From NCBI GenBank assembly GCA_010909165.1, contig MU008158.1, positions 1,823,478 through 1,887,477 on the forward strand: a stretch of 64,000 nucleotides of DNA, given 5' to 3'. The DNA is from Anthoceros angustus (taxonomy: Eukaryota; Plantae; Anthocerotophyta). The position numbers and the translations under genes were made by a program. Shown here piece after piece: positions 33,740 to 49,713 of this stretch; position 1 is the first letter of the stretch; each line of letters starts with the position of its first letter. Under the pieces are notes generated by a model that was given only the letters and a program-made list of their open reading frames with translations, was not told the DNA's origin and did not search any database.

Positions 33740-36583
33740 TTGCACTTGATTGATGCACAGGGCGAGAGGTTGTTGGAGGGACAGGTTTCCTGCACACCAC
33801 AGATTGGGCCGTTGACCAAGTACAGCAGCATTGCAGGGCACCCAGCCCGTCCACGAGAGTGTCTGGACGGCCATGGGGAAAGAGATTCCAGCGAAAGTGG
33901 TTGTCAACATCACGTGTCGCCACATTGTTGTAGGGGCGGTGCACTGTCTCAGAGTAATAGGCAGCATAGGAAGAGCTATCGGTCGCCCCACTTCCGTGGT
34001 AAAGAGTCCTGGCTGGGTAACTTTTCCAAGTCGACCTCTGTAGATGGAGAGTTGGCTTCTCCAGACATGCAGGTAGATCATCTTCTTCTCCCGCAATCCA
34101 GCGGGTGGATGGCGGATCATCATGATCTTCGCGGGCCTCCAGGATCTGAAAGAGGAGTAACTCCAGAAACTGCGAGCAAGTTATGTCAGCAGGGGCAGCT
34201 CACGGAGGCCGTTGAGGTTGTGGGAGTTCTCGTGAAGACAGACTACCGTATTTCCAAAACTATGTTTCACAATGTGTTGAAAGCATGTAGGGTCCAGCAG
34301 AATCTGATTGTGGGTCGCCGGATTCATGCTCTCACCGTGCAACAGGGGTATCAGTCGGACACATTCTTGTGCAACCACATCTTACGAATGTATGCATGTC
34401 ATGCCAGGTTGCAAGAAGCGATGGATGTGTTCACCATGGTCGCGAAACCAGATGCCTTCATGTGGTCTTCCATAATATCAGCGTATGTTCAACATGGACA
34501 AGCTAAGCAGGCCATTCAACTATATCATCAAATGCGCAGGTCAAATGTTAAGCCGGATGGCCATGTGTTTGTAGCAGCCTTGCAGGCTTGTGCAAGGGGA
34601 GCAGACCTGGAAAGTGGGCAGAAGGTTCATGCTGATGTGTTGGCTAGCGAGCTTCAGCTTAATGTGTTTGTCTCTAGTTGCTTGGTGGACATGTATGCAA
34701 AGTGTGGAATGGGTCAGGAAGCCCTACGACTATACAGTGAAATGCAAAAGGAAGGCATTGCTGCACCGGATTCTGTAACATTTTTGTGCCTACTGCAAGC
34801 ATGCGCAAGTTGGGGTATCCCAGCTTTCAAGACGGGAAAGCAGCTTCATGCACAGATCGAAGAACAGGGGCTTCAAAGTGATGTTATTGTAGCCAACAGT
34901 CTGATTAACATGTACGCAAAGTGTGGCAGCCTAAATGATGCCCAAAGCGTGTTTGAAAGACTTTGTCAAAAAGATGTAGTGACGTGGAATGCCATGTTCG
35001 CCGCATACTCCCAGCAAGGCATGTTTCAGGAAGCTATTCGTCTTTATAGTGCTATGGAACAAGAAGGCAGGACAGGACCTGATTCTGTGACGTTCATATG
35101 CCTTCTGCAGGCATGTGCAAGTGTTGGTATCTCGGCTCTACAGAGCGCAAAGTACTTGCATAGACAGATTGAAGAACGAGGACTTCAGGTTGATGTGGTT
35201 CTGGGTTGCAGCCTGGTAAACATGTACGCAAAGTGTGGCAGCCTTCATGATGCTCAGAGCGTGTTTGATGGACTTGATGAGAAGAATGTGGTGACGTGGA
35301 ATGCCCTGATAGCAGGATATGCCCAGCAGGGCATGGGTCAGGAAGCTCTCGATCTTTATGGCACTATGCAAGAAGAGGGCATCTCTGCTCCCAATTCTGT
35401 CACATTTGTGTGTCTCCTGCAGGCATGTGCAAGTGTGGGTATCACAGCTCTGGAACAGGGGAAACAGGTTCATAGACAGATTGAAGAACAAGGTCTTCAG
35501 GTGGATGTGGCTTTAGGTTGCAGTTTGGTGAACATGTATGCAAAGTGTGGCAGCCTACACCTTGCTCAGAGCGTCTTTGACAAGCTTCCTCAAAAAGATG
35601 TGGCAACGTGGACTGCCATGATAGCTGGCTATTCCCAGCAGGGCATGGATCACAAAGCCTTTTGTCTTGTCAGGGCCATGCAACTGGACGGCTGTGTTCC
35701 ACCCGATTCTGTCACATTTGTGTGCCTCTTGCAAGCATGTGCAAGTGTTGCAGATCTGCATGTGGGCAGGCAGCTTCATGCTCAGATTAAGGAACAAGGG
35801 CTTCAAGCTGATGTGCCTGTAGCCATTGGTTTGATAAGTATGTATGCAAAAGGTGGGAGCATGGTTGATGCCCAGCGAGTCTTTGATGCATTGCCTGAAA
35901 GGGGCATCGTTGCCTGGAATGCGATGATTGCAGGGTACACCCGCCAGGGCGACAGCGGCGTAGTATTTGACTTGGTTCAGAGAATGACAGAGCATGGCAT
36001 ACATCCAAATGGCGTCACTTTCCTATGTGTATTAACAGTTTGCAGTCATGTGGGCGCAGTGAACAAGGGGCAAGAATACTTTGAGACTATGAGCAGACAG
36101 TTTGGCATCCGTCCCACCATGGAACACTACTCATGCATGGTGGATCTCCTAGGTCGTGCAGGCCAACTTGATAAAGCACTAGACGTGGTAAGGACAATGC
36201 CTGTACAGCCTGATAAGGCAGTTTGGCGCACACTATTGGGTGCTTGCCAGAAGTGGAGCAATGTTGAGGTGGGACGCCATGCTTTCGATGAAGCAGTGAA
36301 GCTAGAGGAACCAGATGCTGCAGCGTATGTCTTGATGGCGAACATATACATGGGTGCCCAGATGTGGGAGGAGGGTTTAGAGATGCAGTTGAGGAGAAAA
36401 AGAAGTGCTGCTTGGAAGCAACCGGGCCAGAGCTGGTGGACAGACATGGACGGACTCATGCATACGTTTTCAGTTGTGGACAAGAAGCATCCAGAGAGTG
36501 GAGGTGTATATATAAGGCTGAAACAACTCATTCCCAAAATGAAAAAACTTGGGTATTCATCACATCTATCTTGGAACATATGA
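33740..36583 (+). CDS. PLS-class PPR protein (E/E+, WW-type PG box, no deaminase HxE motif), paralog of 29604-33302
   Basis: Uninterrupted 947-aa ORF ending [55 protein letters not shown]. N-terminus aligns with the neighbour. Real ATG may be downstream (34067 or 34109). Confidence 0.9.
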   Translation: [947 protein letters not shown]

Positions 36584-37939
36584 GGGAACGGAATCTGAAT
36601 TCTCTTCGAGGGTTGGAGGTTTATCCACTTGAGGCTTTAAGGTACGAAACTGCCTACTTTGTACATACGTTCGTAGTAACACAACTCCCAGCAATTCGGT
36701 GTAGCCTCGTAGTGTTGCACTTGGAGCTGTCGGTGCCTCTTACACAAAGAATGACGACAATATGAAGCACGAACTAACAAACGACGAGAATTTCAAAAAC
36801 CACCAGGACCTTCACATACATACTTCTACAGTTCCAAAGGAGGTAGAAAAAATATTAGCCTGATATGCATAGAAAGAGAAGTGCATGTAATTCTGGTAGG
36901 GACTGATGTTGCTTGTTGTGTCCGAGAAGGAACAAATCCAATCAGTTGGTGCCACAACCTTGCTTGCCGAACCGAGCTCCAATCTTCTTCTGTAGTTTTA
37001 TTTCGTAGGGGTGCCACGGTTTGTATTGCACAAGAAGCCAAAAGTGAAATCCAAATATGTTTTGCAGTTCCTTATAAGGAACCCGACGTGATTCGAACAC
37101 GCAGCCTCACGCTATGGAGCCAAACGCGCTACGTTTGCGCCACGGATCCCAATCAGTCTTGTACAGTTGCCAGGTTTGCTCCGCCACCTCAATCAACTTT
37201 TGTCCAAGTACATACAAGCACTCGGAGCTGGACTACAGTAGTTATCAGGGTTTCAGATTCACCGGCTACGCTATCTGTGGTCCCCGGGAGAAACGAGGGA
37301 CCGGGACCGGGACCGGGATCGGGTTCAGGACCGGGCTCGGGCTCGGGATCGGGGTCGGCAACTTCACCGACCACCGGTCCCGAACTTTTTCTGATACAAT
37401 CGCGGACCGAGACCGAGGCCGGGACGCGGCCAACCTGAAACCGTGGTAGATATGTACTCTAATTCACGGTGCCGTTCAGGGGTTTCCCCTTGGCACTATG
37501 TAGGGTGGTGTGGATGGGACCACGCATCTATCTTCTACAGTACATACAAGCGCTAAAAGCATGTCCAAGATTTTGTTAAACGGCCTGTAAGGATGGAAGT
37601 AATCTAGCCGGTTGAGATCAGGCCGTTGAAGTTGGTGAAACGAGGTATGGAGATAGTGAACACATCCATCGCGTCTTGCAACGATCCTTGAGCATATGGA
37701 CTGTGGATCGAGTCAGGGTGCCTCTAAGACTCATGGCTGCATGGATTGTTGCAAGACGCAAGGGATGTGTTAACCGTGGTTGCCAACGACGTCATGTGGT
37801 CTTTCCCATGATTTCTGTGCTAGGATGTCACACACAAGCAGGCAATGCGACTGTCCCACCTGCTCTGCGAGTCGAGTTTTTATGATCATGGCTTTCAGCA
37901 GCTCTTTAGGCAGCGGACGGGTAGCTGACTCGGGAGACT

Positions 37940-38300
37940 GGCAAGATGATGTGTGTGGTTGTGTCATTTTTCACTTTTGGCCAAGGCAACCGGTTGCATG
38001 CTGATGTGTTGCAAGGATTGTTTAACCCTAGTTTGTTTTGTGCTCGGGTGCTTGGTGGAAATGAAGGCCAAAGTGCAGAAATACGTGGAGGACTTGGTCT
38101 CATGCAACAATGTCTGATCGGCACCATCGGCCCATCGGCCCTGATCCTGTCACATTAGAGTGCGGTGTTATAAGCATGTGCAGGTGTGGGGAAAGCAAGC
38201 TCCTGGTCAGCAAGGGCGGGATAGTCGACTCTTGGATACTATTCCCAGGAGGGCAGGGGCCACAGTCTCCTGATGCAGCGTGTCACAGTTTATTGAGTTC
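37940..38300 (+). pseudogene. Highly degenerate PPR remnant
   Basis: Scrambled 'HADVL', 'PDPVTL.C..', 'GYSQEG.G' and 'PDA' peptides matching the neighbouring PPR motifs. Short PPR-like pieces also at 37654-37682 (minus). Confidence 0.45.
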
Positions 38301-38929
38301 AATGTGTCAAGAGCCAAGGTAGAGATGGGACGGCATGCTCGGCCTTGGATCAGCCAGGCCGGAGGTGATTGAATCAGGGCAGGGAAGCAGCCCTGGGGGC
38401 TACAGGTCGTGGACTTCCAAGGTCGGAGGCCCCTCATAAGGCCTTGCCAAGAAGAAGCCAGCAACGGCATGCATCAAAAGGTGCCTGGCGAACTGTCGTT
38501 GAGCACGAGGCATCGTCTGCTCTGTAGAGCGGGAGGAGGAAGCCATGGCCATTTGTGCGGGCATGTTGAGAGACAAACGTGGGGCCTTCCACTGAACGAT
38601 CTGGACGTTCGGCCAAACCCTAAGAAGCACCCTTGGACTAGCTTCTTGGTGGCACGTCCCGGAGAAGAGAGAAGCCTCGCAGTGAAAGCCCCTACTGTAA
38701 TCGTGAGTCCAGAAAACACCAAAACACGGCCTGCGCCGGCGAAGCTTAGAAATCACACAACGGTCTGCGCGAAATCAGGCGAGAGCGGCCGCCGCCGGCA
38801 ACACTCCGCATGCCGCCAAGGTTTAGAAATGACGCAAACTTCCTCTACGGGACCGAGGCCCTGAGATGGGCCATTCTGGTCTCCAAAGGAAGGGAAAGAT
38901 GGGAGTGTTAGTTTTTGATTTTGCTTTCT

Positions 38930-39273
38930 CATGCTTCCAGCTGTGAACACATGCACTGCCTGTAGCAACCTGCCACGACCGGCAAACCTAAATTGGCAGG
39001 GCACGATTGCTCAAGAACGTAGCCAACACATGGCGACCCTGTTACCACATGGCGACCCTGAGTAACATCTTCAAGAGTAACACGCATTCCTTAAGTACAG
39101 TAAAACGAAGTTTGTGAAATACATGAAGTATTAGTAACAGCCTGCATCAGAAGTTCCGGAGCCTCCACGGCTGGATGAGTGAGCAGCCCTTGGTCGCACA
39201 GGTCTGTAACTTGCACACAGTTCTTTCCATCCTTGCAGACAGGACTGCAGGGCCCATCTGCTATCTGCTGCAC
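38930..39273 (-). pseudogene. PPR N-terminal remnant (third paralog)
   Basis: 'VTDLCDQGLLTHPAVEAPELLMQ..ISQTSFY' ~ '[23 protein letters not shown]'; 'TFLSN..GRLLQAVHVFT' ~ 'TFLCN..[11 protein letters not shown]'. Confidence 0.6.
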
Positions 39274-39903
39274 ATCCAGATTCCAGAGCAGCTAGCTGCA
39301 AAGCTGGCGTATACAACTCGTGCATCCACGTTATTTATGTACAGTGCGCCGTACATCTCTCTTGGCCCCGTCACCCGCCAGACTGTTCCTGCCATCCATA
39401 AGAGATGGGCAGCCAACCAACTCGGGTGCCTCGGGTTTGTACTTTGTAGCATGGGCAGCCATAAGAGGCTGTGCCACTAACTCCTTCAGCTCTTCATCAT
39501 CCAAATCTTTCCTTCGTCCTTTCTTCATCGGGGCTTCCACTGCAACACAAGTGAAGCGCGTCGGCAGGTAGCCATGGAGCCGATTAAATTTTGAAGCTAG
39601 CGCGGAATGCTCGAGGCAAAATCCGACTTGGACTGAGATTCTTAAGATTCAAAGCAGATGCGTTTTCGTCTGTAGCCGAGCTCTGGAACCTCCCGAGTCC
39701 GCCGTGCTTGAACCATCTCCCAAATCAGCCGCCTTCCCTCTAAAACTAGTCGGCTATGTACATACATACATCCGGACATGTTCATCCGACTGGAGCCTGC
39801 TGCTCGTGCGGGCACGACTGAACAACTTTTCATGGTTGCAGCATCCTTGTGACGAATCTGCCCGGTCTTAGAACAGCCAATGCACGGCCTCATCCCGCGG
39901 TGA

Positions 39904-44100
<4,197 letters not shown>

Positions 44101-45484
44101 GCAGTTTGCCACTAGGTTTTGGCGTTTCCTTGTGATATATGTACATTTCGAATCAAATTTATATTTAGGTAAATTTTATATGTAGGTTATTTATTTTCGT
44201 CGTGCTCTTCTATGAGTCATGTAAATTTGTATGTAGTGCTATCTTATTATAATTTGCATTTTTCTAGGTTGATATCTAGCAAAGGGGGTATTTGAAGTTG
44301 GTATTCCCAGAATTGTTTCCGGGATGTGTGCGTCTAAACATGCACGTGCCACTTCAAATCCATGAAGGAATACCTCTGTTCTCGATTTTAAGATATTTTA
44401 TTTATATAAAGAATTTTAAAATATAATATTTTCATCATTTCTACAACATGTTAAAAAACAAGACTTCACGCCGCCATGCTTCCAACAAGCATTGTCCCCA
44501 CATTTAACAAAGCTGTACAAAATAAATCTTACTACCACAAAATCTTATTTTTGTATGTTATCATTCTCCATCTCTATGAAGTCTTCAGCTATGTACTTTC
44601 TAGACTTCGTATCCAGGACCATTTCATATTGCATGTAAGGTGCCCAACTTCCTCAATCACTATGACGTCATTTGCTACAAGAGCCACAAACTCCTCACTA
44701 GGGGATTCCTAGAGCTCCTGCTTTATGAGATTATCTCATATGTCAAACGGAATGCGATGTTTCACAAGGGAAGCATCAAAAATATCTTTACACTTGTCTC
44801 TAGATTTTTCAAATGGCAAGCCTAGCATTTGAGCTTTCAACGTCGCCAACTCTCTTGCGCTCAACTTTTTGGCAAAAATTTTTGTCGAGCATAGCCGATG
44901 AGGAGCCTGCTCGTAATCACTTCCTACGCATCAGGCAATGCTTCAAATCCATGTATTTTCTAGGGTATGAATTAAACTAACACATGTTCTAATTTTATTA
45001 TCACCTTGCACTCTTGTCGATTAACTTGTTGCACCTCCATCTCAAACCCCTCATCTGTCTTTAAGGTTTCATGCATATGACGTACGAGCTCCACCTTCCT
45101 CTCTGCCTCTCCCTCCCGCTCTTTTGTCTTTGTTTCGTTGGAGAGAGCCATGACTTCAGGCTGGAGCGTGGTGCATGAAAACTCGCTCGATACTCATGGT
45201 TGCGCATTTCTATTTGCGCCGTCTGCTTCACACTTGCTTCTTCCAACATTGTCTTGGCTTCAGCCAATTCGAGGTTAAATTCCCGAGTCCACATCTCAAA
45301 TATCGAGATTACTGCAATCGCCCTTTCCAGGATAAGAACGTTGGAGGGAAAAGCTGTGTTCTCTATTCTTTGCGAACAAAGAATTAAGCCATGTCGAGAC
45401 AATGTAATCATTTTTTGGACTTGTCAGTGAGGTTTTACTTGTAAAAGAAAAGATTTTACTCTCCATCCTCTTAGTATGTCATAA

Positions 45485-46738
45485 CTATGAATATGCTAGC
45501 TCTTTCATACTTTTTACGCCCCAATTTGAATTATGTGGAAATGTATCGTTCCAAAGCTTTTGAGCGATTATCTTTTGAACAGTTTCACTTGGATGATATT
45601 GATCAAACCAAGGATATTTTTTGGTGTCAAAACATGCTAGCTTCTCACTAACGCAAGCAAATTGGCCATTAAAAGGTCCATCGCCACAACATGCTGCATT
45701 TTTTTTAAATCCGTGCTCTGTAATATTAGACATGATATCCTTTAATATGTTATATGTTGGTCCAAAGTAAAAATAAGAGTCCATGAGACCATCACGACCA
45801 TTGAATATCTCATTTAATGTACTCATAGTAGCATCATTATAGTGCTCCATGTCGGCATTCACAAAATCTATGCATTCACCATGTGGAATATACCTGAATC
45901 TATACAATATATTTGGCATACATCCCATATTTGCAAGACCCATGATGGCAAACTTTCTTGCACCCATCCGATGCAGCTTCTTGATCCCATCCGATAAGTT
46001 TTGAAGAAGAGACATAGTAAAATTGTTCCTAGTTTCTTCATAATTAGCAACATGCAGCTGGCACCCTTCACTTGGATAATGCATGAATGCCCAATCACTG
46101 TAGCCAACTGAAATAAAAATGATTGATTCTTTCAAATGCTTTCGAACTGCATTGGAACCTAATATTTGTTCAAGATTTCGAATTACTACTTGTTCCATTA
46201 ATATTATTTGATCATGAAAGGGAATAACATCTCCTAGTTGATTAAGTCCCGTTTTAAGCAATAACCCAGCACCAGCAGAGGCAAAATTTATACCTGGTGA
46301 TGCGATACTAGACTGATTACGTGATTCGAAGGGAGATTGGTATCCACTCAACTTGAGATACTTGGTGGCTAATATGTCTATTGCAAGCTTACCATCAGTA
46401 TATCTTCCAGTTGAAAGATATGTATCAAAGTTTCTGCCATATGGACCATGATCAGCTTTATAAGCAACTTGACGATTTATATTATTCCCAACATCTACTG
46501 ATGAATCACCAAATACGTAAAGTGCTTTGACGTCGTGAGAAGCATCATTTTCATTATCATTATCATTATTCACAAGGCTATCTTGCGCTTTAGACCTCGC
46601 ACGAGGAAGGTTGCGAGAAGCATGTACATGTGGTATGCTATTCAATACCATGCTAGAAAGTAATATATATATAAATAATTTGTGGAATTTCATCCCATAT
46701 CTATTATATGTAAATAATACGATACCCATTATTAGCAA
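45485..46738 (-). CDS. Secreted GDSL esterase/lipase, intronless
   Basis: VFGDSSVDVGNN (block I), GRYTDG, GINFASAGAG, FDQYHPSE (DxxH). Likely start ATG at 46693 (MKFHKLFIYILLSSMVLNSIPHVHA signal peptide) or 46729. Confidence 0.9.
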   Translation of the reverse strand: MLIMGIVLFTYNRYGMKFHKLFIYILLSSMVLNSIPHVHASRNLPRARSKAQDSLVNNDNDNENDASHDVKALYVFGDSSVDVGNNINRQVAYKADHGPYGRNFDTYLSTGRYTDGKLAIDILATKYLKLSGYQSPFESRNQSSIASPGINFASAGAGLLLKTGLNQLGDVIPFHDQIILMEQVVIRNLEQILGSNAVRKHLKESIIFISVGYSDWAFMHYPSEGCQLHVANYEETRNNFTMSLLQNLSDGIKKLHRMGARKFAIMGLANMGCMPNILYRFRYIPHGECIDFVNADMEHYNDATMSTLNEIFNGRDGLMDSYFYFGPTYNILKDIMSNITEHGFKKNAACCGDGPFNGQFACVSEKLACFDTKKYPWFDQYHPSETVQKIIAQKLWNDTFPHNSNWGVKSMKELAYS

Positions 46739-48879
46739 ATAACAAGCTATAGAAAATTATGATATAGTACCATTCAATACATCACAAGCAAAGTAGACTA
46801 TAAGAGTCTAGCTTTTGTCCCTCTATTTATACTAGATAGGTACATATCTCAAATAAGGTTAACAACTTCTAATTTAAAATTTCTCGATCATTTCCATTGT
46901 GGTTGGACGATCCAGAGCCAACATCTTGCAATACGTTTCACAAGATCACTGACTGCCTAGTGGCTTTGCTGTTTGGTTTGACAAACAAGCCAAGCAGCAG
47001 CACTGGCTGTTCTATGTCTTTGCTTGTAGAATATGATTTGTGGCATGGGCAAATGCTCGAAGGGAGACCTTGTTGTTTGGTGTTAGTGCTTCAGGAGGAA
47101 GAGTTAATTTGGATGAGGCACATTGTACTCGAATAACCTCCCCCTCCAATTTTGTTTCCTTCCCTTGTGGCTCCTTACCTGTCTCATTCCAAAAAGACTC
47201 GTATTTGCATGTGATGAACAATACTCTACCTACATTCTAAGAGATAATAAATACCTTACATAGTTTGGGTAGGAGGAGGGTTGATAACATCTTAATATAC
47301 AACAGGCCTACCCTTGAGGAGTACATCAGCATTATTAGAGAAATAATCCTCTTATAATGTATGCAAACAAAAACTTTACATTTAGCGAATGTATAATTAA
47401 AAATTTTACTAAATCGGTAATTCGTTAATTTGTTAATTTACTAATTCGTTATAAGAATCATATATTACGTATAACGATACTGAATTAAAGAGAAATAAAA
47501 CTTGGTTATTTTTTTGGGTGAATGATAATTGAGTGTATTAAAATTGAGAGGATCGAGAGAGTCGAGTACAAGGAAAATGGTTCAAAGATCCATCGGAGAG
47601 TGCAAAACCACAAGAGTGCTGCTTAAAAAAATGGTTACTTAGAACTGCCGTACTAACCCCCAATCACGGAGAAAGACAAAAATCAGAAGACAGATATATA
47701 CGCGCTGCAGACAAAACAACATGCGCTGCGAAAAGAATCCACAAAGCTGACCAATCACACCACCATAAAGAAGCAGGCCAACTCACAAAGGTCTTCAGCC
47801 AAAACTATCATCCAACACACTTAAGTTGTATGTTAAGAGTTGTACATGTTAAGAGAGTAAGACTAGAAATCAAAGTAAATGTATGTTATGTACCAATATT
47901 TAAGAGGGTCCGAGGCTGCTGCCGAAACCGTTACTCTATTGGTTTGTTGTTCATTCACTCATCAAATGTTATGAATTTATGGAAATTAAAAAAACAAATT
48001 TCAAGACACAGAAAAATTGGTGTTTCGCCCTTCTCCAAATCAACTTGGTAGCGAAACGTGGAGTGACATATAATCAAAGTATAAACATTACACATTTCAT
48101 TTCGTGTATGGCATCCTAGCGTTGGCATTCAATTGGCTTCCGGTGTTGAATCTGCTGCGAAGCTGTGCCGCTCTGGCGGGATGTAGCAGCACAGGCACCT
48201 CCTGGTCGTGTCTTTCCTATGCTGGGTGCAGTGCAGTGGTTCCGTCCGTGTCCGATTGCGGCCCTGCGTTCGGCCTTCTCGGTGGCGGTAGGCGGTGAGC
48301 TGGTACGGTCTTCCTTTCCCCGTTTGCTTCCCAGCTTTCATCCTGGCTCGGTGGCCCCCAGCCTGCTTGTGCTCGAAGTCTCCGGGCTTTGTGTGACTTG
48401 CAATCAAGGGTCATGGTGTGAGTCCCGCCCGTTTTAGAAGGTGAGCTTTTGGTGCACAGATTGTGTGGGTGCTGAGGTTTGAGTGGTGTGTTGCATGCGG
48501 GGCAAACTCATAGATGAAGGTAGCATGTGGACTGACGCATAGGCGCGCTGAGAGGGTAATTTGGAAAGCTGGCCGAGAGCATCAGAACTCGACGAAATTG
48601 CGGATGGCTTGTGGACACTAGATTGCCGATGGGTGAGCTCAGGGTTGTGAGCGTTATCCATGGTGGCACATCTGACTACTGAGGCGAAGGTAGAAGTAGC
48701 AGTAGGGGCGAAAACAAAGGTGACCGCTCGGAATTAAGCAGCATGAATTGTTGTGTCAGCAATGGGAATCACGATGAGGCGAAGGAGGGGAACGGCGTGG
48801 TTTTCCACGTTTGTATCGCGCGGTCGGAGAGCTATCACCGTTTCGCCTCCATCGAAGGCTACGAGTCCAAGACGAACCT

Positions 48880-49090
48880 GGTCTCCTGAGAATGTGGACG
48901 GCTTCTTCAACATGGCAACAGCCTAGAGCGTGCTGTCCTTCGACCTGATTCACAACAAGATAAAGTCTTGCAAGGAGGTGCCGACCACGGTAGGGCTTTA
49001 TGCTAACTTCCAGGGAGGGCAGAGGCTGCGGCAAGCCATTGCAACGATGATGGAGAGAACGTTTATGGGGGTGACTGTCCATGAGAATCT
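48880..49090 (+). pseudogene. ACC-synthase-like (class I/II aminotransferase) N-terminal fragment
   Basis: 'WSPENVDGFFNMATA*SVLSFDLIHNK...LYANFQGGQRLRQAIATMMERTFMGV' resembles the ACS pattern N.DG..QMGLAENQLSFDL...YQDYHG...LR.A.A.FM. TAG replaces the expected Glu codon. Confidence 0.6.
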
Positions 49091-49713
49091 GATTGTGGGT
49101 CGCCGGATTAATGCTCACACCGTGCAATAGGGGTATCAGTCGGACACATTCTTGTGCAACCACATCTTACGAATGTATGCATGTCATGCCAGGTTGCAAA
49201 AAGCGATGGATGTATTCACCTTGGTCGCGAAACCAGATGCCTTCATGTGGTCTTCCTTGATATCAGCGTATGTTCAACATGGACAAGCTAAGCAGGCCAT
49301 TTGACTATATGATCAAATCCGCAGGTCAAATGTTAAGCCGGATGGCCATGTGTTTAGAGCCTTGCGAGCTTGTGCAAGGAGTAGACACGGAAAGTGGGCG
49401 AAGGTTCATCTTGATGTGTTGGCTAGCGAGCTTGACAATATGTTTGTCTCTAGTTGCTTGGTGGACATGTATGCAAAGTGTGGCATGGGTCAGGAAGCCC
49501 TACGACTATACGGTGAAATGCAACAGAGGGCATTGCTGCACCGGATTCTGTAACATTTTGTGCCTAGTGCAAGCGTGGCAAGTTGGGGTACCCCAGCTTT
49601 CAAGACGAGAAAGTAGCTTCATGCACAGATCGAAGAACAACAGCTTCAAAGTGATGTCATTGTAGTCAACAGTCTGATTAACATGTACGCAAAGTGTGGC
49701 AGCCTAGATGATG
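49084..49713 (+). pseudogene. Degraded partial copy of PPR gene 33740-36583 (matches ~34298-34941)
   Basis: Near-identical DNA (AGAATCTGATTGTGGGTCGCCGGATT ... AAGTGTGGCAGCCTA(A/G)ATGATGC) with stops and frameshifts. Shares the [10 protein letters not shown] deletion. Confidence 0.9.

Noticed and set aside
30213-36579. Antisense and alternate-frame ORFs within the PPR genes
   Set aside because: By-products of the repetitive PPR coding sequence.
37290-37370. GGGACC/GGGCTC hexamer run encoding a (GP/GS)n peptide
   Set aside because: Simple microsatellite-like repeat; no supported gene model.
44830-45411. Coiled-coil or gag-like ORF remnant on minus strand
   Set aside because: No diagnostic motif; too degraded to call.
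47278-47340. 'VDNILIYNRPTLEEY' resembling RT YxDD..TLEEH
   Set aside because: Isolated ~20-residue similarity without flanking RT motifs.
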